Assembly (NCBI GenBank): GCA_907165135.1
Contig: OU015566.1
Span: forward strand, 1,178,001-1,242,000
Origin: Oikopleura dioica
Lineage: Eukaryota > Animalia > Chordata
DNA: 64,000 nt
Reading direction: 5' to 3'
Position numbers and translations under genes: made by a program. Shown here one piece after another: positions 1-11,161 of this stretch (the stretch's first letter is position 1; each line of letters begins with the position of its first letter). The notes under the pieces are model-generated. The model did no database searches. It saw only the letters and a list, made by a program, of their open reading frames with translations, and was not told the origin of the DNA.

Positions 1-138
1 GCTGATCAATGGACATTAATTTTAGATTTTTCTGCAGATTTTAATAAATTTGATTAAAATATTTATTAAAAATTTCTTGGGCGTTTTCCTATTTAAAAAT
101 CATTCAAAAAATGAATCATTTTTTTTTGAACATCAAGT

Positions 139-330
139 CTAATCTCCTTCTTTTTTAGCATTTATGTACATTGGCTGCCGAGCAATTCTCGTCTCATCCT
201 TTTCCATCCACTTACTGCTTTTCATCGCTGCCGGCTTTTTGAACATCCTGATAGCATGTTCCGGAACTGGTGGCTTTATTTGCAAGTCGAATTGGATCAA
301 GGGCTCAAGTCGAGCTTTTTGCATTTTGAA
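139..330 (-). CDS. Short hypothetical protein or last exon (QKARLEPLIQFDLQIKPPVPEHAIRMFKKPAAMKSSKWMEKDETRIARQPMYINAKKEGD*)
   Basis: Distal part of ORF 139..486 has protein-like composition and an aaaATG start; the proximal part overlaps a repeat. No recognisable domain. Confidence 0.3.
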   Translation of the reverse strand, partial: FKMQKARLEPLIQFDLQIKPPVPEHAIRMFKKPAAMKSSKWMEKDETRIARQPMYINAKKEGD

Positions 331-450
331 TATTTTTTTACTTCTCTTGGTTTTGGTCAGAGAAGTGCGTTTTTCAAAATGCAATTCGATAAAAAGCAGA
401 TGTGACGTTTGTCTAGGAGACGCTCTAAATAAAAAGAGGCTTTTTTTATG

Positions 451-589
451 GGAAAAAAATTTCGACAACTTTTGCGTGGGCAGCAACTCGGCTGCTCATT
501 GGCTGGTTTGCCGAATCAAGGCTTCTGATTGGATGAAAATTTCCACGCAAAATTTGTCGAAATTTTTTGTCGATACCAGACACCTCCCC
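451..589. mobile_element. MITE family A copy (palindromic, CCAATCA core)
   Basis: Arms AAAATTTCGACAA..TTTGCGTGG / CCACGCAAAATTTGTCGAAATTTT surround two CTGATTGG-like motifs; many similar copies elsewhere in the window. Confidence 0.8.
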
Positions 590-651
590 TTTTTTATTCG
601 AAATTTTTTGAGCGCTAGAAAGATCCGCTTACTCCTTACGAAATATCCGTT

Positions 652-1185
652 ATGTGGGACTCAGAATGCGATTCAGAAAGCTGCAAAATCGAAGGAGAAA
701 AATTTTGGGACGGTTTGAGCGAAATTAAAAGGCTAGAAACAACCATCGCACACAGGTCAAAATTTTGGCCAGAAACATGCGAAGATTTGCAACCAGAAGA
801 CTGTCAAAAAGAATGCAAAGATCAAGGTAAGGAATGCCGCTCGCCAAAGGTTCATTTTTTCGAAGGGGTTGGGGATATAATCGTCGAGATTTTCCCGCCA
901 ACCTGCGAGGAAACCTGCGGAAGCATGGAAAGAAACGAGCAGGCTGCTTCGATAACGGAAAAATTTATTTGGATGCTGGTCCTTGCCGAGCTTTTGATCT
1001 TGATCATTTGGTCGATCGATGTTCTTGTCGATGACGAGAAAAAAGACGTAAGTGAATTTGGAAGTTTTGAGTCAAAACTTTTGACCTGATTGTTTGATTT
1101 TTAGCCGTATCAAGCAGCGCAGTCAGTTTTGTTTCAACATGGGCTGGCGAGAAATATGGACAGATCTTATCAATTTTCACGCTGA
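652..1185 (+). CDS. Small Cys-containing single-pass membrane protein (5' end uncertain)
   Basis: GT-AG introns at 827-865 (in frame) and 1048-1104 give ...KFIWMLVLAELLILIIWSIDVLVDDEKKD|PYQAAQSVLFQHGLARNMDRSYQFSR*; AATAAA follows the stop. Confidence 0.5.
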
Positions 1186-1259
1186 AAATAAAATAAATAC
1201 ACAATAAAAAATTATATAATTATTCTGCAAACGATTCTCAAGGTCAAGCATATTCATAG

Positions 1260-1724
1260 CAGGGTTCTAAATCTGAGCTGAAAATCAGAAGTCGAATCGA
1301 GTCGAAAGCGTTTTTGAAAATCGCTAATCGAGTCGAGTCGACTTATTAGTCGAAAAGTCAAAAAACTTGTAAAATATATAAATTTAGTCGAAAAAGTCGA
1401 GATTTAGTCGAAAAATCAAAATAAAGTTGGAAGTCGAAAGAGAAGTCGAAAAGTCGAAAGCAAAAAAGTGATTCTTTTCGACTTTTTCGAATAAATTTAC
1501 AATTTTTTCGACTAGATTTTCCGACAATCCGACATTTTCTGCAATTTTGTTGACGACTTTTTTTGACTAGTCGACAATCTAGTTCCCTCATAGGGTCAAG
1601 TCCAATCGATCCGAGTCGACTTGTTTCCACGATCAGTATAGTCAAGTCGAGCTAGTCGTTTCGATTCAGACTCGACTCGACTTCGACTTTAGTCGAAACT
1701 CGACTAGTCGATTTGGAACCACTG
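1260..1724. mobile_element. GTCGA-rich MITE-like element with hAT-like terminal inverted repeats
   Basis: Left end CAGGGTTCTAAATC pairs with right end GATTTGGAACCACTG; interior is dense in AGTCGA/TCGACT units in both orientations. Confidence 0.6.
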
Positions 1725-1884
1725 GCAAATATTCGCCGAATATCCAGAAAGCGTTATCATCGTAAAAAATCAAGTTTTGAATTCTCAATCGCCCTTCTAA
1801 GAAACCACCAAAATCAAAACAAACAGTTGTCAGTGCTCCTTCTTCTACTCCGCCCAGATTTTCGACATTTATCCATCAACAGAG

Positions 1885-3617
1885 ATGAAGGTCAAGAATT
1901 TATCAATTTTTATTTCTAGCGTTTTCGCGGGTAAAAGCTCGGAACGAGCGAGTGGATTGCTGAAAGAGTTTACTCAAAATTGTGATGGCTTTGATCCAGC
2001 GAGCGCGAGTCGGTCAGAGGATTTTCTAGAGAAAAAGAAGAAGAAAAAAAGAGTAAATTTGCTGGGAGAAAAAATTGTTGGTGGATCAAAAGTGCCAACA
2101 GGAAAGGATTATTCATTTTTTCGGACTAAATCAATTCATGGAAGTGATTTTATGGATAACCAATAATATGGCTGGATTTGTCTTACCGGCCAATCAAAAC
2201 CCCATAATCCCTAAAATCAGTTCCATTAATTGATATAACCAATTTTTTTATTGTTTCTTTTTGATTTTTTTCGAATAAATAATTTTTAAAAAGATAATAC
2301 TTGGCAATGGTTGGGCTCGCTTTCCGGAAGATGCGTTGGATACGACGGGCCGGGTTGCAATGGAGACTTTGTTGAGGTAAGCCTTGCCAAAAGAAAGAAG
2401 GCCTTGTTGGTTCAAATTGTTTAGACGGACGCTGGAAAAGGAGCTGGACATAGATGCGGAGGATCGTTGATTTTTGGTGGGGCGTATTTTCTTACCGCAG
2501 CTCATTGTGTCGACAGGAACGATTTTTGAATCTTTTATGATTTCCCTGTCCCGAAAGTGAATTCTTCAAATCGTGAAACAGCTCCTTCCCAACGCTCGGA
2601 ATCAAAATCGACAAACATCTCTTTGAAAACAACGAAATCTTATTCGGCTCAAACAACCTCAACTTCGCCTCTAGCTCTAGAATCGCCGCCGCCGTCATTC
2701 ACAAAGACTTCGACAACATGAACTTAATGAACGACATCGCTCTTCTGAAGCTAGAAACGCCAGGTCAATTGGAAGCTGGTGATGAAATTTGTATTCCAGA
2801 GAATAATTGGAACATGGACGATGATTTCCCATTTGCGACTGAAGCGTTCGTTGCTGGCTACGGTGTCACGAGCTTTGGAGGGTTCGACAAGCAAACGCAG
2901 CTTCGAGAAGTGCGAGTTCCCCTCGTCGATGACGTCACTTGCGAAAACAAGTACGACAATCTTGGCTTTGGCAACGTCGTCATGCTCGACGACGCCACCA
3001 TTTGCGCCGGCTTCCCGGACGGCTTGAATCAAGACGACAACGAGGCGGACTCGTGCCAGGGCGATTCCGGGGGCCCGCTCGTTCAATTCGACGAAGACCA
3101 CGGCTACCATCAAGTCGGAATCGTTTCATGGGGCTTCGGTTGTGCCTCGACGTATGGAATTTACACCCAAGTTGGGAACTATGTCGACTGGCTGAAGGAA
3201 GCGAGGAATTCTTTGGACAACTGCAGCTCGAGCTCGGATTGCCTCGATCCGGCGAAAGTTGAGTCGACGAAACCAAAACCAACAGCAGCTGTGCAAGTCA
3301 CTCAATCCGGGTCGGGATCCACCCTCATGTGCAAAATGAAAAAAGGTCGAATCGAGCCGCTCCGCGCCGGCTGCCGAAACTGCAAAGAAATGAAAAAGAA
3401 CAAATGCACCGGAAACCCGAATGATCCCCTTCAATGCAACGGTGTGGAAGTGCACAAAACTTGCAAAAGCTGCAAAAACTTCAAAAAGGGAAAATGCATC
3501 GGCTCCCCTTGTCGGCTCAGCTCGGGCATTGTTTCGCTACCCGCCGGATGCAAAAATTGCAAAATGCTGAAAAAGAATAAATGTGGCGCTGTTCCCGGAA
3601 AATTCACGAAAATGTAA
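1885..3617 (+). CDS. Secreted trypsin-like serine protease (S1A) with C-terminal Cys/Lys-rich repeats
   Basis: Signal peptide MKVKNLSIFISSVFA; K-IVGG activation site (~2074); CGGSLI, TAAHC (His), NDIALLKL (Asp), DSCQGDSGGP (Ser, with S1 Asp). Introns: 2102-2293 (GA-AG), 2367-2424 (GT-AG), 2517-2581 (GA-AG). Confidence 0.95.
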
Positions 3618-4094
3618 AATCGCGACTGAATTTTTCAATTTATTTTTTTCCAATTTTACAAAAATTACTCATCCGCGCCGCCGAAATCATCGTTTCCTCC
3701 ATCATCGAAATCTCCTTCTGCAAATTCAATTTAGCGAATTTTTCCCAAAAACAAACATGAAAAAACATGCAAACAACAATTTACCGTGCACGAATTGTTA
3801 AAAAAAGAATGATGTTAGTTCTGATGATGGTTCTGATGATTGTTAGTAGCATTGAAGTTGACAGTGATTTGTGATTGTGCGATGTGAATGAAAGTTGTTA
3901 TGGATCATTTATGCTAAAAATTGGTTTAGAATCCGTCGAATTTTACCAATGTCGAACTCAGCCATTGCCATTTCCATTTCAGCATCGAGCTCAGCGGCAT
4001 TGTCGACGTCTGCATCCGCCTTTTTTCATTGGTCGAAATTTACAGTGCTCAACAAGTGCCGCATTCTTAGATTTCTGCTAAACTGACCCTTGGA

Positions 4095-5200
4095 TCAATC
4101 ATCTCCTTCTTCATTTTCGACCAATTCCTGCTCCCCTTGATTGTCGCCTTCTTCGCCACCCTCGTCGACATCGCCTTCGGCATCATCATTTTCAACCCTG
4201 GTCGTGCTCTTGTCATTGTCAAGCGTGGCGGAGGAACTCCATTTCGATATCAAATGACCTTCGATGCATTTTGTTATCATCAAAATTAAGGGAAGAAATA
4301 CCGTAGATTTCCGGATATTGAATGGCAAGATCAAGCTCGATATTTCGCGCCTTGAATTTGTCTACCAAGTCTGAGTACCTAAAACTCGCCATCAAAAAAG
4401 TAAAAAGATAAGTAAAAGAGCAAATTGAAAAGCCGCGTAGCGGCTTTTTTAAGAACGAAGCCGCGAAGCGGCTTCGCTTAATAAAAAGCCTCAGCTACGC
4501 GGCTTTTTCTTTGACTTTTTTGGAACCCTGACTCAGGTTTTTACATTGGCGCCCGAACCAAGAATCATGCAAGATGAACCCTACCTCAATCCAGCCGAGC
4601 AGCTAGAGACGCCAAGTAAAACTTCAAAACTCGCCACTATCAAACATCCAAGACAGGCCCACAAGCCAGCAACAGCATCGCGCGTCCGCCAAATTTCGAC
4701 AAGTCGCTCAGACTCAATGTTGAAAAGCACCAGGATTCGGGTTATCAGCGCTATTGCTGCCAAAGAGGTAAATAAACAGATGAATGCGATGAATTTTGGA
4801 TGCTTGTTTCGAGGATCGATTTTGCTTGAAAATTTTAAAGTTTTTTTTTCAATCAATTCCATTCCTTGAAAATCAAACAAATCGTTCCCGCAGAAATGAG
4901 CAAAAAGCCGAATAGAATTTCTTCCCCATACATGTAATCGATAGGATTATCGATGACAACGATAAGTCCAAAGATGACTTTAAAATAGCCCTTTTCTTTC
5001 TCGAATTAAAAAGTACCTGAGAGAGCGCCGCAAAAGATGTGGGTCCGAGCATGGCGACTTGCGCTCCATGACTTGAAATATTTCAAATCTGCCCAGGAGT
5101 GATGCCCTTCTGCCAGTGCGAGGTACTCTGTTATGATGACTTTCTTTCGATTCGGAGCGTACTTACAAGAGTTCAAAAAGAAGCAAATAGGGTCAATTTT
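4095..5200 (-). CDS. MS4A/CD20-like multi-pass membrane protein with acidic C-terminal tail (5' end unresolved)
   Basis: Spliced reading HIFCGALSVIFGLIVV..EEILFGFLLISAGTICLIFK|HPKFIAFICLFTSLAAIALITRILVLF..LWACLGCLIVASFEVLLGVSSCSAGLR|YSDLVDKF..EEGDD*; four hydrophobic segments; needs GA-AG intron 4803-4864. Family assignment is from topology and weak motif resemblance only. Confidence 0.6.
4400..4537. mobile_element. MITE family B partial copy (AAGCCGC..GCGGCTT palindromes, CCCTGACTCAGG end)
   Basis: Shares AAAAGCCGCG.AGCGGCTTT, GAAGCCGCGAAGCGGCTTCGCT and CTGACTCAGG motifs with 27539-28190; intronic. Confidence 0.7.
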
Positions 5201-5452
5201 TTTTGTTTAAAAATTCTTGATTCATGATTCATGAATCATGAATCACGATTTTTCATCAAAAAATTGGCAAATGTTCGAAAAAAAAAATTTCCCGTTTCTT
5301 ATTGGCTGGCAATAAGAATGCTGTTTTCTGATTGGCTTAGAGGGCGCCGAGATAAGATCTATGAGGATATAACAGGACATTCATTGATTTGTGTTCTAGA
5401 ACCAACAATTTTTAACAAAATAGGGGCGTCACTATGTTATTTGAAAAAATAA

Positions 5453-6110
5453 TTGTCCCTTATAAAAAACTACCAATTTTACCATATCAATATTCCACAG
5501 ACTTTGATTGTCCCCTTCGAGCGAATTCCTATCATAATCTCTAGAACCCTGGCTCATCTCTCGGCATGTAATAAGTTTTCTTCTTTCTCTTTCTTTTGCT
5601 CGAGTCTTTCTTGCAGGAGCTTTATCGGCTTTTGAAGAAAATCGAGGGAAAACAAAGAAAAGGACCTTTGGGTAAAATATTCATCCAAATGAGCTAGATT
5701 AACATTGATGCGCCGAGAGCTGCGGGTAATTATTGATAGACCAAAGAATCAAAACTCTGAAAAACATTTCTTTCTGCTTTATCGAATATTCCAACTTCGA
5801 TCTTTTGGTTAGCTCAAAAAGCCGCTGCCTTGTCTCATAATGACCCTGTTGCTGGTTGCTTCCAAAAGTGATTCTCTTTTCAGTTAGGGACTCGTTTGTC
5901 ACATCTCGATTATGCGAATTTCTAGCATTGCGAAAATGAGAAGGAGTTGACCAAGCATTTGACTCGATTTCGGTGTTTCGGAGACGGGATTGTTGCTCCG
6001 ATCTTTCGTTGTCTGAATTTTGTTTTTGAAAAATTTTGAGAGAAAAATTAGAATGAAGAGCTTTTCCCATAATTTTGGATTTTCGAGCTGAGCCATGCTG
6101 AGCCAACTTA
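5453..6110 (-). CDS. Hypothetical protein fragments (possible separate gene upstream of the MS4A-like gene)
   Basis: Polar/charged open frames (e.g. QKQNSDNERSEQQSRLRNTE.., KLLQERLEQKEKEENLLHAER); splice structure not resolved. Confidence 0.3.
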
Positions 6111-6164
6111 GGTCTTTTTTCAGAAAAATAATAGCAAAGCTCAGTTTTAACAGCAAAAATCTTA

Positions 6165-6400
6165 GCTAAGCCTAGCTTGCCTAAGCCTAGCCAAGCTAAG
6201 CCTAGCCTAACTTAACCTAGCCTAGCTTAGCTTAGCCTAGCTAAGCCTAGCCTACCCTAGCTAAGCCTAGCCTAGCCTAGCTAAGCCTAGCCTAGCTAAG
6301 CCTAGCCTAGCTAAGCCTAGCCTAGCTAAGCCTAGCCTAGCTTAGCCTACCATAACCCTAATCCTAACCTAGCCTAGCTTAGCTTTTCGTAATTCCAACC
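6165..6400. repeat. Degenerate pentamer satellite (AGCCT/AGCTA/AGCTT)n
   Basis: Continuous gcctagctaagcctagccta... array; scattered units extend to ~6485. Confidence 0.9.
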
Positions 6401-7243
6401 TTAGCTAAGGAAACTGAGCTTAAATTTCGGTAAGCTTAGCCTTACCTAGAGCTTAATTCCAAAAAATAGGCTCAGCCTAGCTAAACTGGCTCTATCTTCC
6501 ATTTTTTAACTCAACCTACTTTGCATTTCAAAATCAAGAATTTCGCTCATTTTCTTCTCGTCTCCGTTAACTCTTTCAACGCCGAAAAAAGATGATCGCA
6601 AAGCAGAATGAATTTATAAAAGATCGATCTTATAAGTAAGTCAGAAAGTGCACCTTTGTAATGAAACCCACAACTAATCAAACTTGCAGATTTTTGATCG
6701 GCGAGTGTTTACCAAAGAGTTCTCCCTTGAGGTGGGTTTTGAGGCTTCTTTGATTTATGATGGGTTTTGAGTAATTATTGTGAACAGAGAGATCCTTCTT
6801 TATCAATTTTTCTTCAACCGAATTCGCCAGGAAACACTTAATTTCGTTCAAAAACTAGAATCATCCGGCATAAGAGTGTTTTAATTGCTCAATTAAGAGG
6901 ATCGTCGATTATTCTTTTATTTATTTTCTAAACATTTAGCGGAGCCCGTAAGTTTTTTTTTTAAATAATTCGCAGGAACCTAGGGTCTGTTTTGACTCTA
7001 AACTTTCTTCTTATTATTTGATCAATTTCTTCCCTGCTATTGTTTTTCCAAAGAATTTGGGAGTACAAAATAATACAATTTAAGCATCAATATCAGAACA
7101 AAATTATAAAAAAATTATATTTATTAAGGAAGCCCACAGAAAAGAAAGATTCACAGGAAAGAGTCAAGATCATGATTTGACCGACTTCAAGAACGAAAGT
7201 CAGCATTAATTTACACGCGAAAGTCGACGAAAAATCTCATCTT

Positions 7244-8213
7244 TTATTGGCAGTTGAGATGAGCCAATTTGTTTGTAAGAAGAGCACTACGTTGTCGTTG
7301 AAGTTTGCTGATCATTCGTGGTGGAAAGTAAGTCGGGTTGGCGGAGTAGTCGACACCGTCCAAGCAGACGAAGATATCGTGATAGCTCATGACAGCGTCG
7401 AAGAAGGACTTGAGCGAGTTGCAAACATTGCCATCAATGACGGGAGGGGTGAAGGATCCAGCGTGGCCAGTTCCGGCGAAATCGTTGCAGCTGCTTGGGG
7501 ATCGATCCTGGAAGTTGGCGATGATGCCCATGTACTTCATGAAACGAGTGGCTTTTCGAGACTGCTTGTTCAAGTTGGTGCTGTCATAAGCGGTGAAGAT
7601 CGTACTGGAGAGGCTGTTGAAGGCATCGGTGATGGAAGTCCAGGCAACAGCGCTCGATGGAAGAGGAACTGCGGTGAAGAGAGCGTTGAAGCCGCTGTCG
7701 ACGATGGTGTCTTCGTTAGACTTGAAAACGACGGTCAAAGTTGTACCAGTGGATGTGAGCGAGTTCCTGTTGCCTCTTCCGCAATACTTCGTCAACTCGT
7801 TGTTTCCATCGGGACCGTCGAAGATGATGGCGGCATCGTTGCTACATCCACCAGAGTACGTTTGACCTTGAAGGTTGAAGTTGGAGAAATCGACGCGGAT
7901 CTTGTAGCCGGAGGGAGCCGTGACAGTGACTCGTTGGTACTGGTTTGGTTCGTACACGCCGTTGACCCTAGGGACGGACCAGGAGGAGGTCAGGGCGTCG
8001 GTGGTCAGGGCGAGGTCGACCTTGAGAGTGGTGTCGGGGTTCCAGACTCGATCTTGTTCTGTTTGGGCGGAGGCGAGGGAGAGGATTGGCAAGAAAAGCT
8101 GAAAAAGAAATGGTGACTACGAGTACGAGTTTCTTGTAAAAAAAATTTTTTTTCGTGAAATCTCATGTTTTTTTCTGTGGCAAAATTGCTCGTCTCTTGG
8201 AACTTACTTTCAT
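7244..8213 (-). CDS. Secreted CUB-domain protein with C-terminal helical Cys domain
   Basis: MK|gtaag..ttcag|LFLPILSLASAQ signal peptide (intron 8099-8207); CUB motifs I.VDFSNFNL, CSNDAAIIFDG, KYCG, LTVVFKSNE..DSGF.A.FTA. Confidence 0.85.
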
Positions 8214-8749
8214 CTTTTTTTCTCTTTGTAAAATTCAGAAGAAAAAATCGATATATTTCTTATTTGATGATAATTTGCCGGCTCCTTCTAGTTTAAATAC
8301 TTTCTCGATTATCAGTTGGATGGCGCCCGCGGTGCGATAAAAATGAGTATGGATTGCAAACACGAGCTTTCTAAGCGCAATGAGTCGAATTGATGATGTC
8401 AAAAACAATGTTTTTCAAGTAACGCGCGCTTGCTAGAAAAGGGGATTATTTTTTCTTAGCTTTCGTGTTCCTGCGAAAATTCTAGTGTACAGTTTCTTAG
8501 CTATCACCGACTTGAAAATTTTTAAAGAAAAAAATTTCCAGTTAAATTTTTGTTGGTTTTTCGGATTTTTTATGTTTTTTTCGCATTTATTTTTGATTTT
8601 TGACAAGAAAAAATTTTTTTTCGAAAATTTTATTTTTTCTGACAAAAAAAATATTTTTTGAACAATATTCTTAATAATTTTTTCGAGTCGAAATTTTTTT
8701 TAAAGAAAATCCTCCACGTGGACGAGGGATTGGCGCTAGAATGTCTGTT

Positions 8750-10060
8750 TTGAAACGTGACTGACGGACTATTTCAGGTTGTGATTTGTTTTAGTTGGAG
8801 AATCTAAAATAAGACTTGAACTTTTTTCTTGATTATTCAGAACAGAATAATGAATGTTCAAAAATTGTCAGAGACAAAAACTTAAAAAGAGACAGTGTAA
8901 GTACCGTATTTGATAAATATCGAATGAGCAATCAATAGATTGTCAGATAGAAATGCACAAAAGCCCTCGTAATGGGCATCATTGAGTTGAAATATTGATG
9001 AGATTAAAAGAGCTGCTTCATCAAGATAAAAAAATCCGCAGTTCTCAAAGAGAAGAAACCGATATAATTCATACAAAATGCTGAAAATAAAGCCGATTCA
9101 GTCCTCTCAATGCTCAAGGTACGGAGGCCATCTCAATTTAAGGGGCTCCGGATTTTCACAAGGCAGTCACAACGTTACGTGCCACTTAAATTTTTTCCGA
9201 TCAAAAAAAAGAAAAGTCCTTTATCTATCCTACCTAAAGGATGTAAATTCAAATATCGATATGAAAATAAACACACAAAAACGGGTCGAATGAGGACGAG
9301 AATTAAGGGTTCGCGTCAGGAGCCGACAAAAAAAATTTGCGTGGGCGGCTACTCGGCTGCTGATTGGCCGGTCAGCCGAATTCAAACTTCTGATTGGTTG
9401 AAAATTTCAAACAACTCGACATATTTTACTTGGAAATTTTCAACCAATCAGAAGCCTGAATTCTCTTAACCGGCCAATAAGCAACCGAGTAGCTGCGAAC
9501 GAAAAATTTGTCGAAATTTATTTGTCGGTCCGTGACTCATCCCCGAATTCTGTTGAATTTGAAATAGAAAATTTGGCAGAATATCGATCGTAACAGCTCC
9601 ATGTCAAATTTGAACCTGTTCATAATCTTAACATTTTGCCCTGTAATATAAATTCCAGCGTGTCGTGCCAGCAGCTCCGACGACATTCGACATCAAACAT
9701 TTTCACCAAGATCGAGAATTTCGACATCGACCCGTTCATCCGACCGCCAATTTGTTTTTTGTTAACATGGTTGACTCTTGTCAGCGGAATCTGGCTCCTC
9801 TGGAAGATCGAAGAAGACGAGTTGGTTTTCAATTATCCCAAGTTTGTTTTGAAAATAGTTTTTCTAGGTAGCTCTTTTTTGAAAAGCCCAAAAGATGAGA
9901 AATTTAGTTTTTCTTGGTTTCGGAGGCTTAGTTGTCGGAATAATTTGGCTGTTGAAAACAAATGAGCAACGGAAATTCTTCAAGAAATTTTCGAAAAAAC
10001 GTCGATCAACAGGTTCTAGCTCTTTTTCAGCATTATCTAATTCTGCCATTTTTAGCATTG
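8750..10060 (-). CDS. Multi-exon hypothetical gene
   Basis: Protein-like minus-strand segments MAELDNAEKELEPVDRRFFENFLKNFRC, KNYFQNKLGIIENQLVFFDLPEEPDSADK and ILYELYRFLLFENCGFFYLDEAALL; no domain recognised. Confidence 0.35.
9307..9544. mobile_element. MITE family A, composite (two partial copies)
   Basis: TTAA|GGGTTCGCGTCAGGAGCCGAC..; two CCAATCAG cores; ends ..GTCGGTCCGTGACTCATCCCC. Confidence 0.75.
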
Positions 10061-11161
10061 AGTTTTCCAAGAGCTTCCTCACGACTTTCAACGACTCAGA
10101 TCAGCACTGAATGTGATTTACAATAAATAAAACAAAAATAAATCGATTAATTTGGGGCTAATTTGATAAAGAAAGATAAAACCGCTGCAATTGAGTGAGG
10201 GGGTAGATATCATGAAAAGATATAATTTTCTGGTTTTAACTAACTTCAAAAGCTAATATAGTGACACCCTTATTCCAAACCCCAATTATCGCTCTCTATC
10301 TCCTTAAAATGGTCTAATTTTCTGGCGATCAAAGTAGACTTATTCGAAAAACAATGAAAAATAGACAAATAAGAAACATAAAGCAGCTTGTCTTTGTTAA
10401 TTACGTTCATTAACAAAGAGCTTAGAGAATGACGTTAAAGTTTATTAATAATAAATTATTATTATTCCGTACTTACCTCAGGAAAGAAACCTGTCTAAAA
10501 TCAAGTGTTACATTTGAAATTAATTATTGAAAAAATCAAAAGGGAGGCAAAATGATCCAAAAACAAGAATCACTAGAATTTTTTCTGATTCGATTTTGAT
10601 CTTTTTTGATTGGTCAATGTATAAAATTCGAGATTCTTATTGGCTGAAATCAAAAAGCGCCTTCCCAAATTCCTGCTTTATAAAAAAAACCCGCTCCGAA
10701 AATAGCTTTTTCTGAAGGAGGAAAATTAACTTGCCAGGAAGCGAAAAGATATTTGACCGCAAATAGTTCGGCGCGTTGGAAAAATGGAAAAGACGCCTGT
10801 TCGAAGTTTTGTTTCTGGTAAAAGCTTCAAAGTTGTGTTCAACAATGTCGTTTTTCTTCGTTACAACCTGTCGCCGGCTGGAAAAAGCAGTTTGTTGATA
10901 CAACTAGATTTAAATTTCTCATCTTCGAATTTCGAATTTCAAAATCTTCGTTCTTTTCAACTTTTTTTTTCTCGATTTTCCGTAATTTTCTCGATGACCA
11001 TTTTTCATGCTTTCTTCGGTTGAAAAAAGCATGATTTCTGGACAATAATTATTTTGACAAAATTTATCTCGAATCGAGCATCTCCGACTCTCCGCGGGGG
11101 ATTAAAACCGACAGTGTTCGGAAATTGAAATTATTGGCTTGATAAGAGCTGACAAGAGAAC

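Noticed and set aside
7247-8116. 289-aa ORF exactly antisense to the CUB gene (likewise 2751..3113, 16169..16768, 19617..20120, 40720..41238)
   Set aside because: Shadow ORFs caused by codon bias (C-ending codons) in real genes on the other strand; no motifs of their own.
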